Origin: an uncultured Gemmatimonadaceae bacterium
GTDB lineage: Bacteria; Gemmatimonadota; Gemmatimonadetes; Gemmatimonadales; Gemmatimonadaceae
Assembly (NCBI GenBank): GCA_963740355.1
Contig: CAVUDW010000003.1
Span: 320,001 to 384,000 of the forward strand
DNA: 64,000 bases
Direction: 5' to 3'
Shown here: positions 37,056-47,144 of the stretch, in pieces
Position numbering within the stretch: the first letter of the stretch is position 1
How the letters are laid out: each line of letters starts with the position of its first letter
Notes under the pieces: generated by a model
Database searches by the model: none
What the model saw: only the letters and a program-made list of their open reading frames with translations
Told to the model about the DNA's origin: nothing
Position numbers and translations under genes: made by a program

Positions 37056-39679
37056 GGGGTCTTCCCGGATGAGCGGATGGTGAGCAACAAATCCTGGGCG
37101 GCCTCGAAACCGGGAGCCAGGTCCAGCGCGCGCAACACTTCCCTTCGAGCCGCAACCTTGTCACCCGCTCCGTTCAGCGCGAGGGCCAGGCGGTAGAACG
37201 CATCGGCACGATCAGATGGTCCCAGCGCAACTACCGCACGACGCGCGCGGATCGCACTGCTCCAGTCTCCACGCGCGAAAGCCAGGTCGCCCAGTCGCAC
37301 CTGCACCTTGGCATCGAACGGATCGACCAGCGCGGCGCGGTTAAGTGCGGCGATGGCGGCGGTCGAATCGTGCCCGGACTCCAGCAGGCCGGCCAGCGTA
37401 ATGTTCTCGTCAACTGCATCGCCGTTCTGGGCCGCGATCGCCGCCAGCGCCGTCCGGACTTTCGCCGTATCGGCGAGCGCCGTGTACGCAGCCACGAGGA
37501 AGTGGTAGCCGCTGCCTGGCTCCACGTACGACGGGAACAGCAGCACCGCCCGCTGCGCCGCCTGCACGACTTGCGGCCACGACTTCCTGTCAGCCGCATC
37601 GGCCGCCGCCGTGAGCGCGTCGCGCAGTGGCCCGGCCAGTTCAGTCAGTGGTTCCCCATCCGGTCCGGGCCGCACCACACCACGCACCGCCGCAAACTCG
37701 CGCGCGAACTTCGCGCGGAACCACGTATCGAAGGCGGCATCCAGCGCTGTTGAATCGACACCGAAAACCTGCTGCATCAGCGCGGGCGTTTTCGCACCGG
37801 TGCGATAGCCAGCAAGCAGGGTCCGGATTCCCGCCATCCCCTTCCGCTCCTCGAGCATCTCGAACACGTAGGCGGCCAACGCGTACGACAGGAAAACTTC
37901 CTGCTCATACCGCGGATGCACGAAGCCATCGTTGAGCCGGCTCACCGGCTGCAGGCGCCCGGCACTGTAGGCGGCAATCAGCATTGGCGTGACACCGCCG
38001 CCCCACTCGGCTCGGGCCCGTCGCTCCTCATGCACCGACAGCCCTTCCGACACCCACCGGGGCACACGATTGTCCGTCATGCCGAGGGTGATGGTGTGCG
38101 CGAACTCGTGCCAAAGCACCGAGCCCCAGTTGAATTCACCGCGCCCCCGGGCCGGCGGCTCATCCACCACCAGCACGTTGCCGAAGGCGACACCCAATGC
38201 ACCAAGCCCTGCCAGGCCAACCGCGCGGACACTGAAATCGGCGTGGCTGCGGAAAAATTCGACGCGGACTCTCCCGTTCGGCTTGAAGCCGTACCGTGTC
38301 GTCAATGCGGTGTAGGCCTCTTCTGCCAACGGTGCGGCGTAGAGGGAGATGATGTCGGCGTCGTTGGGTTCGATCACGAGATCGAAATGCGGAGTCGCGA
38401 CCGTGCGTGCCTTGCCGTACGAATCGAGCAGGTCGAGCGTGTTCTTCACCCAGACGTCGAAGGGGTCCAGCTCGAACGCGCGCTGCAGCGTGGCGCGACC
38501 GGCGTCCACCTGCCCGATGCGCAGCAGGTTGATGCCGAGCAATGCCTGCGCACGCGAGTCTCGTGGGTCGCGCGCCACACCGGCGCGCGCGAAGGTGACG
38601 GCGTCCGCGTACAAGCGATTGCGCGCCGACACATCCGCCAGTTCCACTTCCGCGAACGCCGATCCGGGCAGGCGTCGATGCGCGCGGCCCAGTGCAGCGC
38701 GATGTCCCACGGTATCACTGGCCAGCCATCGGGCGGCCGCGATGGCGACCCAAGGTCCCGGTGCGGTGCTATCGACCACCAGCCCGCGCCGAGCCTCAGC
38801 TTCGGCCGCCTCATACGACTCGGCATCGATCAGCCGTTTCGCTGCGAGGGCGTGGCCTTCGGCACCCAGTGGATCGACCGCCAGCAGCTGTGGCAGTGGA
38901 TCCTTCGCGGTGCCGCGACCATCCAGCGCGTAGAGTCGCACCAACGCAGCAAGTGCCCGCGGGTGGCGCGGATTGACCGCGAGCACTTGCTGCAGGGTCG
39001 AGCGTGCGTCAGCGAAGTTGAACTTCTCCAGGAACATCTCACCCAGTTCGACTCGCGCAGCCAGCCGCGCTGGTTCGAGAGCGAGGGCGCGGTCGTAGAA
39101 GCGAAGGGCGTCCTTGAAGCGCTGCGGCTCAGCGCGACCGAGCAGTCGCGATGCGATCGCCATCGCATGGTACTCACTCGCAGTGCGCGCCCCGCCGCGT
39201 GATTCGACCGTCGCCACCAGACGATTCAATCGACTGGCGACGCTGTCGGCCCCCGAACGCTCCCGAGCCAATCGCAGCCGTTCGACGCGGGCGCGCAGCG
39301 AGTCAGGACCGCGCAGCACGAGCGTCCATGCGGAATCCGCCTCGTCCAGCCTGCCCAGCTGCTCCATCGCCGCGGCGATCGCTGGCGCCACCAACGGATT
39401 GGTGCGCCAGACACCGGCCCGCTGAATGCCCTCGGCAGGGCGACCAACGTCAGCCAGCGCGCGCACCAGCACACTCGCACTCGCTGGCGCAGTGGCGGCA
39501 CTCGTCATTCCCCGCTCTGCCGCGGCAATCGCCTGCTCGTACTGGCCACGCTGATACAGCGCACTCGGTGAGACAGGAGCAACCGTGCGCACCGCTTGCG
39601 CCTGCAGGAGCGCGGTCGGGCTGGCGCTGATCGCAATCAGCGCGGCGAAAATCAGTCGGGAGTTCGCGCGGACCTTCAT
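37052..39679 (-). CDS. TPR protein with a central gluzincin (peptidase MA-like) domain
   Basis: Signal peptide, many TPR units, WHEFAH...PRWVSEGL. Confidence 0.85.
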   Translation of the reverse strand: MKVRANSRLIFAALIAISASPTALLQAQAVRTVAPVSPSALYQRGQYEQAIAAAERGMTSAATAPASASVLVRALADVGRPAEGIQRAGVWRTNPLVAPAIAAAMEQLGRLDEADSAWTLVLRGPDSLRARVERLRLARERSGADSVASRLNRLVATVESRGGARTASEYHAMAIASRLLGRAEPQRFKDALRFYDRALALEPARLAARVELGEMFLEKFNFADARSTLQQVLAVNPRHPRALAALVRLYALDGRGTAKDPLPQLLAVDPLGAEGHALAAKRLIDAESYEAAEAEARRGLVVDSTAPGPWVAIAAARWLASDTVGHRAALGRAHRRLPGSAFAEVELADVSARNRLYADAVTFARAGVARDPRDSRAQALLGINLLRIGQVDAGRATLQRAFELDPFDVWVKNTLDLLDSYGKARTVATPHFDLVIEPNDADIISLYAAPLAEEAYTALTTRYGFKPNGRVRVEFFRSHADFSVRAVGLAGLGALGVAFGNVLVVDEPPARGRGEFNWGSVLWHEFAHTITLGMTDNRVPRWVSEGLSVHEERRARAEWGGGVTPMLIAAYSAGRLQPVSRLNDGFVHPRYEQEVFLSYALAAYVFEMLEERKGMAGIRTLLAGYRTGAKTPALMQQVFGVDSTALDAAFDTWFRAKFAREFAAVRGVVRPGPDGEPLTELAGPLRDALTAAADAADRKSWPQVVQAAQRAVLLFPSYVEPGSGYHFLVAAYTALADTAKVRTALAAIAAQNGDAVDENITLAGLLESGHDSTAAIAALNRAALVDPFDAKVQVRLGDLAFARGDWSSAIRARRAVVALGPSDRADAFYRLALALNGAGDKVAARREVLRALDLAPGFEAAQDLLLTIRSSGKTP

Positions 39680-40659
39680 GGCCTGGCCGCCGGTGCTGCG
39701 GTGCGCAACGCCCGTGTCCGTTCCGCCAACTCGACGATCAACGGCTCGAGCGCTTGCAGGTACGCATCCTCGGTCATGGTGCTCCGACGCGCGCGCAGCG
39801 CATCGATGCGCGCCTGCACTTCAGCGCGAGCCGTGAGCGCCGCGGTCGTGGCAGGGTCGGATGCGGAGGTGCCGCCACCGCGGGTCGCGGTGAAGTAGAA
39901 CGTGCGGGCACGGCCACCGTCGGCCCCATCGTCCAGCACCGCGTGTTCCGTCGCCAGCAGTCCACCTTTCGTGAAGACCTGCTCGACCTCATGCTGCGCA
40001 TACGTGAATGCTTCGAGCAGTGAAACGCGTCCATCCTTGTCGGTATCGCCGACATCGGTCGTCAGCGCCCGAACGAATGGTCCGGGAAAAATCGTTTCGT
40101 TCTGCTCTCGCGCGCTCTTCGTGGCCGTGATCACGATGCGACGCGGCCCGGCCAAAGCGTCCGCGAATTCGCCGCTGGCGCTGCCGGTGTGGATGAATGC
40201 GATCGCCGGCAGTGTCGCCGGCGTCAGAACCCGCGCAAAATCGGCCGGCGTCATGTCCGGGCCAGGCAGGTTCACGCGCGTCTCACCCACCAGCGACGAG
40301 CCATGCGCCATCACGATCACCACCAGTCGATCGGTGGCGCCGAGCGACCGAGCCAAGCCGCCCAGCACGCGCTCGATCGTGACCTTGCTCGACCGACCGT
40401 TCACGCGACCGCTCCCACGGGTGGAATCCTCTGCCAGTACGATCACGTTCGCCGCAGGAATTCCGAATCGCTGCGTCGCCGCGGAGGACAGCGCCATCGC
40501 CATGCCATGCCACTCAGTGCCGATGCGCGGCTCGCCACTCACGCCGGAGATCACCACCAGGTGTGTCGACGCAGCGTCCTGCGCGCGGAGGACCGATGCC
40601 CCAACGAGCGGCAGCAGCAGCAGCAGCGCAGACGCCGCAGTCCGAAGGACAGCTCTCAC
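39676..40659 (-). CDS. Secreted caspase/C13-like fold protein
   Basis: Signal peptide, MAHGS, NLPGPD, TGSASG, ITATK, DTDKDGRVSLLEAF. Confidence 0.65.
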   Translation of the reverse strand: MRAVLRTAASALLLLLPLVGASVLRAQDAASTHLVVISGVSGEPRIGTEWHGMAMALSSAATQRFGIPAANVIVLAEDSTRGSGRVNGRSSKVTIERVLGGLARSLGATDRLVVIVMAHGSSLVGETRVNLPGPDMTPADFARVLTPATLPAIAFIHTGSASGEFADALAGPRRIVITATKSAREQNETIFPGPFVRALTTDVGDTDKDGRVSLLEAFTYAQHEVEQVFTKGGLLATEHAVLDDGADGGRARTFYFTATRGGGTSASDPATTAALTARAEVQARIDALRARRSTMTEDAYLQALEPLIVELAERTRALRTAAPAARP

Positions 40660-42950
40660 GTCAGCCCCCGACGACGACGAAGCACCCATTCGCCAGCCAG
40701 CAGCAGCAACAACAGGATCAGCACCAGCGGCGCATCCCACAGGTCGAGTCGACGTACCGACGTCGCGCCACTGGGGCTGTAGGTCAGGTCGCGTGCAACA
40801 TCGGTCGCGCGCTCCGGCGTGTACATCTTGCCACCCGTCTCGCGGGCAAGCTGATCGAGTAGTCCATCACGGCGTTCGGCACCGAAGTATTCCTCCGTCG
40901 GCTCCGCCACACGCAGGTATGTCAACGGCGCAAGTGTCGTGTCCGCGCCAGCGATGGCCCGCACGCGCACTGCATGAACGCCGTCGGCAGCGGGCACGAA
41001 AGAGCCGGAGTATTCGCCATCGCGATCGATGGCCCAGTCGAACGGAATCTCCTGCACTGCGCCGCCAGGGCCAGTGACGGTCGCCGTCACCGACGCTCCG
41101 TTGCGGCGGAGGTAGCCACTGTCGCGCACGATCGCGCGCAACGGCACTGCGTCGCCCGATCCGGTTTCCTCATCGGCCACTGCCTCCACCCGATCGGGAA
41201 CATCGTTCACCAGCCAGCGAAGCATCTGCCGCCAGAGTCGCTCGTGTGTGGAGTCATCCACGGCAATGTCGGCGTGCATCTGCCAGAGCCAATCATCCTG
41301 CGCACCAAATGCCAATACCCGGCCACGCCCATATCGCTGCGCGGCGAGCAATGGACGAGTCAGGCCGCGGTCGCCAGAGCGGCCCTGCAGGAGTACCGTC
41401 GCACCCGGCTTGGCGCGCGTCAACAGATTCACCGACGTCAGTGCCGGCAAAGTCTTCCATCGCAACGCCACCAGGGAATCGGTGGCGGCCACCTGCAGCG
41501 CCGGATGTCGCATCCCGTCCACCGTCGGCACCGCCGTCACCTCCACCAGCCGTTCCTCCTCACTGCGCGTACTGACTTCCATGTCGACGGGCATCAGGTC
41601 CGACAGCGGGGTGCCGACATAGCCCCCTTCGGCGAAAGACTCGCGACCACCGAGCAAAAGCAAGCCACCACCCCGCTCGGATACGAAGTCGCTCATCATC
41701 CGCAGCTGGTCGCCCGTGAAGAACGACGCCTCGATCGATCCGAGCACGATCGCGCGATATCCAAACAATTGCGCGCGCGAGGTCGGGAAGCCGTTGACGA
41801 GTTCGAGCGAGTCATCGACGCCGAGGCGGAGATACTTGTCCTTCGCCGAGCGCAGTAGTGTCACCAGTTGCAACTGCTCGTCGCCGGCAACGGCACGCCG
41901 CGCGAACTTCACCTCGGGACGGGGCTCACCTTCCACATAGAGCACCTTCTCGCGCCGGTCACGCACGGTGAGCAGTGCACGTCGCACGTTGTTTTCAGCA
42001 ATCAATTCACCGTTCTGCACTGGCACGCGCACCGTGAGCAATCGTGCGCCTGGCTCAGGCGTCGGAATGCGGAGCCTGACCGGAGTGGACTCCGCGTCGC
42101 GTGACAACGTGACGGTAGCCGTGGCGACAATTCGGCCGGAGTCTTCGACGACGAGTGGCAGTGAGGCGCCATCGAAGCCTCGGTGGGTCACGACCACGTC
42201 GAGCAGTACCGTGGCGTTGCGCAGCGCCGTTCGCGGGCCACCAAGCGAGGCGATCTCGATGTCCTTCGAGAATCTCGTGCTGCCGATTCCAACGGGATAC
42301 ACCGGCACGCCACGCGCGCGCAGTGTGGCCACCTGATCGGCGATGGAGGCGGCGTTCTCGCCAGCGCTGCCATTCTCTGCGCCATCGGTGAGTACCACCA
42401 CACCACTCAGCGGAGTGCTGGCGAGTTCGTCTTCGACCCGCGTGATGGCGCCGAGCAATCGTGTCCGTGCGCCATCGAAGTTCAGTGCGGCGACACCTGG
42501 CACACGCCCCGACGCGCTGGTGCGATACACACGAACCTGGTAGCGCTCGGCCAGCGCGCGGAGCAGCGCACTGTCGGGCCCACCGGCCAGCGCTCTGGCC
42601 GTCTGCGCGCGCGGCTGGCCGTCGACGTCAGCGACTCGCATGGATCGGGAGTCATCCACGAGCACGGCCACCACGTTGCGCTGGGCGAGTGACTCGGCGA
42701 CCACGAGCACGGGTCGACAGAGACACCACGCGAGCAGGGCGACGCTGCCGAGCCGCAGGGTACCGAGGGCGAAGCGGGCAGCTCCGGAAAGCGGTCGTCC
42801 CGGTCGCATCAGGCCCCAGATCGCCAAGGCGAACGCCAACGACGCCACCAGCAGCACAGCCCAGACCGGGACGACCGGGTCGTAGGCGAGTGCACCCTTG
42901 GCAAAAGCGGCTGGCCGATACTTGAGGAGAAATTCGACGACCGAGTCCAC
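40656..42950 (-). CDS. Membrane protein with vWA and glutamine-amidotransferase-like domains
   Basis: DDSRSM, LTDG, VLYVEGEPRPE, GGGLLLLGG, C-terminal LLAGEWVLRRRRGL. Confidence 0.85.
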   Translation of the reverse strand: MDSVVEFLLKYRPAAFAKGALAYDPVVPVWAVLLVASLAFALAIWGLMRPGRPLSGAARFALGTLRLGSVALLAWCLCRPVLVVAESLAQRNVVAVLVDDSRSMRVADVDGQPRAQTARALAGGPDSALLRALAERYQVRVYRTSASGRVPGVAALNFDGARTRLLGAITRVEDELASTPLSGVVVLTDGAENGSAGENAASIADQVATLRARGVPVYPVGIGSTRFSKDIEIASLGGPRTALRNATVLLDVVVTHRGFDGASLPLVVEDSGRIVATATVTLSRDAESTPVRLRIPTPEPGARLLTVRVPVQNGELIAENNVRRALLTVRDRREKVLYVEGEPRPEVKFARRAVAGDEQLQLVTLLRSAKDKYLRLGVDDSLELVNGFPTSRAQLFGYRAIVLGSIEASFFTGDQLRMMSDFVSERGGGLLLLGGRESFAEGGYVGTPLSDLMPVDMEVSTRSEEERLVEVTAVPTVDGMRHPALQVAATDSLVALRWKTLPALTSVNLLTRAKPGATVLLQGRSGDRGLTRPLLAAQRYGRGRVLAFGAQDDWLWQMHADIAVDDSTHERLWRQMLRWLVNDVPDRVEAVADEETGSGDAVPLRAIVRDSGYLRRNGASVTATVTGPGGAVQEIPFDWAIDRDGEYSGSFVPAADGVHAVRVRAIAGADTTLAPLTYLRVAEPTEEYFGAERRDGLLDQLARETGGKMYTPERATDVARDLTYSPSGATSVRRLDLWDAPLVLILLLLLLAGEWVLRRRRGLT

Positions 42951-43117
42951 GTGTGTTGGATTTCCTCGGGCTGGACTTGTGCGGGACTCTGCCGTTCAAC
43001 GCGGCAGGGCTCGATGTCGTTCGTGGGCGCGGAGGCAAGCCTGAGTCAACTTGAAACACGCGGTGCCCGGAATGATGGGCCGACGAGGTTCCCAGCAGGA
43101 CCCGTGGAACACGGATG

Positions 43118-43133
43118 TGGTACAGCGCTTGCG
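43118..43133 (+). promoter_or_regulatory. Putative sigma54 -24/-12 promoter
   Basis: TGGTACAGCGCTTGCG, GG-N10-GC spacing, upstream of the PA2779-like gene. Confidence 0.55.
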
Positions 43134-43297
43134 TTCGTTAGAGCACGGTCGTAGCATCCAGATGTTGACCACATGCGCGAACGCAGCGCTTGCCTGATCG
43201 ATTGAGCGAAGTTGGCTCAGAAGATGATGGCGCGAGCAGCCCCCTCCGGGCCGCCCGCGCCATTTTGCGTTTCAATCACTTAGAAAGGGGAGTTCTC

Positions 43298-43657
43298 GTG
43301 TCAAAGCATTTGTCAGTAGCCCTGCTCGCCGCCATCGCGACCATCAGCATCGCGGCACCGCTCTCAGCCCAGAAGCGCAGCACCGTTGACGCCAGCGCCC
43401 TCGAAGTCGCCGTGGCCTCGCGCCCGGAGACCAGCCGCAAGGTCGTCACCTCGGCCCTCACGTCGAGCAACGCCCTGTCCGTCGCCGCTGGCATGGGCCT
43501 GAGCCCGGAAGCTGTCGCGACGCGCATCGCTGCGCTGGATGACGCCTCCGCCCAGAAGGTTGCGGACCAGATCCTGGCCGGTGGCGATTCGACCGTGGTC
43601 ATCAGCACCACGGCAATCATCATTGGCTTGTTGATCCTGATTCTGCTCACCCGCTAA
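43298..43657 (+). CDS. PA2779-family-like small exported protein with hydrophobic C-terminal tail
   Basis: GTG after AGGGGAG. Signal peptide, GLSPEAVATRIAALDD, then AGG followed by DSTVVISTTAIIIGLLILILLTR. Confidence 0.75.
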   Translation: MSKHLSVALLAAIATISIAAPLSAQKRSTVDASALEVAVASRPETSRKVVTSALTSSNALSVAAGMGLSPEAVATRIAALDDASAQKVADQILAGGDSTVVISTTAIIIGLLILILLTR

Positions 43658-43678
43658 TAGCGCGGTTTGCTCGTGACG

Positions 43679-45767
43679 ATGCGCACTGGCCGCTGGCTGG
43701 TGCTCCTGCTGGCGATGTTCACTGCGTCGTGTGCCACGTTGAGGATGCCGGCTGCCCCCGCGGCAGGCGTGCGTCCTGATGAACCGCTCGTCCTGCAGGT
43801 CCCGTACGTGTCACAGTCAGAATTACTCTGTGGCGGCGCCGCCATCGCGATGATCGAGCGATGGTGGGGCCGTCGCGGCGTGTATGCCGAAGAATTCCAG
43901 CACCTGGTGCGGCCAGCAGATGGCGGCATTCTCACCACCGACATGATCGCGGTGATGCGCAGCCGCGGCTGGGACGCGCAGGCGCAGCGATCCACCGCGG
44001 CCGCAGTGCAGCAGTCGATCACTGACAGCATGCCAGTCATCGCGCTCATCAAGGTGTCCGCGAACCGCTATCACTACGTGGTGATCATCGGCTGGTCCGC
44101 CGCGGAGGTCACGTACCACGACCCTGCTGTCGCACCGGCAGTCACGGTGCGCTTGGCTGAGTTTCTGCGCCGCTGGGCTGGCGCAAACGAGTGGGCGATG
44201 ATCGTGCGCCCCGCTGCGGTTGCGGCGGCAGATCTCACTGCACCGGCTCCTTCCGCCCCGTCGACACAGGCGGTCACGGCCTCGATCGATTCTCTGCCCT
44301 GCCGTCCCTGGCTCGATCAGGCAGCCGATGCCGCAGCCGCCAATCGCCTCGACCAGGCCGAGCAGTTGCTCGCTGGTGCGGCACTCGCGTGTCCATCGGA
44401 GCCGCTGGTGTTGCGCGAGCTGGCGGGCGTGCGATTCCGTCAGGGGCGTCGCCCGGAAGCCGTTGTGTTGGCCAGACGAATACTCCCGTCGTGCACCAGC
44501 CGACACGCTGGGCTGGCAACTGCTCGCCAGCAGTCGGTATCTGGTTGGCGACGCGGCGGGCGCATTGCTGGCATGGAATACCATCGGCCGGCCCACCGTC
44601 GACCTGCTGCGTATCGACGGTAGCCACCACATACGATTCCGCGCCTTGGCCGATGGCATCGACGTGCAGCCGGGTGAAGTCCTGACGCCATCGCGCCTGA
44701 AGTTGGCGCAACGTCGGCTGTCGGATATCCCGGCACTCACAACGACGAAGGTGACATACGCCGCTGTGACAGGCGGTGTCGTCGAAGTCCGTGGCGTGGT
44801 GACGGAGCGACCGCTGACCGAGCCGCTCGGTCCCGTGCTGGTGATCAGTGCGATCCGTGCCGCCGTGCGTCAGAGCGTGACGCTGTCGGCAAGCACACCA
44901 CTCGGGCGGGGAGAGGTGTGGGCAGTGCAATGGCGGTGGCAGCCTGCAGAGCCACGCGTTGCGCTTCGCGTCGCGATCCCGACGCGGATAGGCATCCCGG
45001 CGATTGTGCGTTTCGAACGGAGTTGGGACATGTATCGCTTCTCCGGTAGCACGGCCCAGGAGCAGCGCAGTTCGTCGTCAGCGTCGCTCGCCGGCTGGTT
45101 GCGTCCGAATTACGAGCAGCTCCTCGGCGCGCGCTTCGAGCGTTGGACCGACGTGGGCAATTTCGCGGCGATTTCGACCAGTGGCGCGTGGCATACGGCC
45201 AACGATCAGGTCCTGCTACTCGGCGAGGTGGAGCATGCGTTCCCGATCAGTGCTGCGAAGGCGTACGATCGACTGACCTCGCGGCTCGTCTGGACGATGC
45301 CACCTGACCGTTGGTCGAACGATTGGTCGATGCGACTCGGCGCCGATGTGACGAGCGCGAACACTCCACTCGGCGTGTCACCGATCGCGGGCGGCAATTT
45401 TTCGCGTGACATTCCTCTCCGCGCCCATCCCATCATCGTCGACAACCGCTTGCCGTCGGCGCGTATCGGTCGCGCGATCGTGCACGGAGGCATCGCGGCC
45501 GATCGACAGCTGGCGACCCTCGGTCGGATCGCACTGGGCGCGGGGGTGTTCGTGGATGGCGCCCAGGTGCGGACGGCGGTCAGCGGCGCGGAACGCAACC
45601 CGCTTTACGTCGATGCGGGCGCTGGGTTGCTCGTCGGTCTCGCTGGCGCCAAGTGGACGACGCTACGCTTCGACGTCGCGAGAGGGTTGGTGGCCGATCA
45701 GCGCTGGGGCGTGAGCGTTGGCATTGCACAGGCACGCGGGCTGCGGCTCGGCAGGGCGAGACCCTGA
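43679..45767 (+). pseudogene. C39-like cysteine peptidase-TPR-POTRA-beta-barrel lipoprotein, one-base frameshift near 44474
   Basis: Lipobox TAS-C, VPYVSQSELLCG, HYVVIIG, HDPA. The TPR crosses the shift (TTG GCC a GAC GAA TAC). Then a POTRA-like segment (LRIDG...PGEVLT...AQRRLSDIP...VTERP) and amphipathic strands. Confidence 0.72.
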
Positions 45768-45815
45768 GTGCCGCGAGCGAAAAACGGCAACCTGTCCATT
45801 GCCGTTCTGCGCCCG

Positions 45816-46448
45816 CTACAAGTGCTCTTCCACTCGCAGGTAGGCACCGGACGTGATGAGCCGAATGAGGACGTCGCGGTTCCCGCGATTTCTCCAGAAC
45901 CAGCCGTGATTTCCCTTGAATCCGGCAACCAGTTCACCTGAATCCGCCGCTGCGGCCTGCCCCTTCTTGTAGCTCACGAACCAGTCCTTCGGGGCGTTGG
46001 TGGAATCGCCGTGCATGTCGAAGTTCACTGCGCCTCCAGTCACGGTCCACTGATAGTTCACGCGCGTTCCGGCATCCATCACGAGCTTGACTTCGCCGCC
46101 TTTCGTGGGTCGCAGCGTGACCAGCGTGGTGTCGGTTCGCACCGCTGCAGTCGCCGTCGAAGTCGCCGCCGCGTCGCTCGCGGGCGCACTCGCTTCCGAC
46201 GCCGCAATCACCGAGTCAGCCGAGGCCTCGGCCGCCGCATTGCTCGCCGCCTCCTCGGCCAGGGCGAGCTTCACCTCACCCATCTGTGTCAGGCCAAGAA
46301 GCCGACCGATGCCGGTCAGGTCCTTCCCGTATTCAGCGGGCAAGACACAGGTCACCAGCAGCACGATCGCCACCAGCAGCGCGATCAGTGTCGAGCGAAG
46401 CAGCGAGCGGCCCGAGGGCGTCTCGTTCGGTGAGATCGGAGCGCTCAT
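45816..46448 (-). CDS. Transmembrane anchor protein of the HupE-associated cluster
   Basis: VLPAEYGKDLTGIGRLLGL, FDMHGD, GNHGWFWRNR. Confidence 0.82.
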   Translation of the reverse strand: MSAPISPNETPSGRSLLRSTLIALLVAIVLLVTCVLPAEYGKDLTGIGRLLGLTQMGEVKLALAEEAASNAAAEASADSVIAASEASAPASDAAATSTATAAVRTDTTLVTLRPTKGGEVKLVMDAGTRVNYQWTVTGGAVNFDMHGDSTNAPKDWFVSYKKGQAAAADSGELVAGFKGNHGWFWRNRGNRDVLIRLITSGAYLRVEEHL

Positions 46449-47143
46449 GTAGCCGGTTGCATGATGAAGTATCCCGCCAGCTGGAATCCGACCAGCACGA
46501 ATCCAGCGGTCATGATGGCGACGTTCGCGCCGTAGGCGAGGGGGCGAAAGCTGGAGGTGCGCCGCCAGTGATTCATCGCGATCAGGATCGCGCTCAACGC
46601 CAGCACTTGTCCGATCTCCACGCCGACGTTGAAGGCGACGAGGTTCGGGACGAGTCCATCCTTGGCCATGTTGAAGTCGAGGATCTTGGTGGCCAGGCCG
46701 AAGCCATGGAAGAAGCCGAAGATCAGCGTTGCCGCTCGCGCGTCAGGGCTGACGCCGAACCAGGTCTTGAACGCGCCGAGATTCTCGAGCGCCTTGTAGA
46801 CCACCGACAGCCCGATGACGGCATCGACCAGGTACGCGTTCACCGTGACGTGCAGCAATACGCCAAGCAGCAGCGTCGTGGAATGACCGATGGCGAAGAG
46901 CGTCACGTAGAGCGCGACGTCCTTCAATCGGTACAGGTAGAAGATCACGCCAAGCAGGAACAGCAGGTGGTCGTAGCCCGTGACCATGTGCTTGGCGCCG
47001 AGATAGGCGAACGGGATCAGCAGCACACCGCTGCTCTGCTGAATGAAGCCCTTGTCGCCGGCGGCGACCCCATGCGCCATCAAGCGTGGCGCAAGCCCCG
47101 CCAGCATGACCAGCGCGAGCACCAGCCGTTGGACAAGGCGCAC
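46445..47143 (-). CDS. HupE/UreJ family metal transporter
   Basis: GAKHMVTGYDHLLF, FAIGHSTTL, FGFFHGFG, FNVGVEIGQ. Confidence 0.92.
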   Translation of the reverse strand: MRLVQRLVLALVMLAGLAPRLMAHGVAAGDKGFIQQSSGVLLIPFAYLGAKHMVTGYDHLLFLLGVIFYLYRLKDVALYVTLFAIGHSTTLLLGVLLHVTVNAYLVDAVIGLSVVYKALENLGAFKTWFGVSPDARAATLIFGFFHGFGLATKILDFNMAKDGLVPNLVAFNVGVEIGQVLALSAILIAMNHWRRTSSFRPLAYGANVAIMTAGFVLVGFQLAGYFIMQPAT

Positions 47144-47144
47144 G

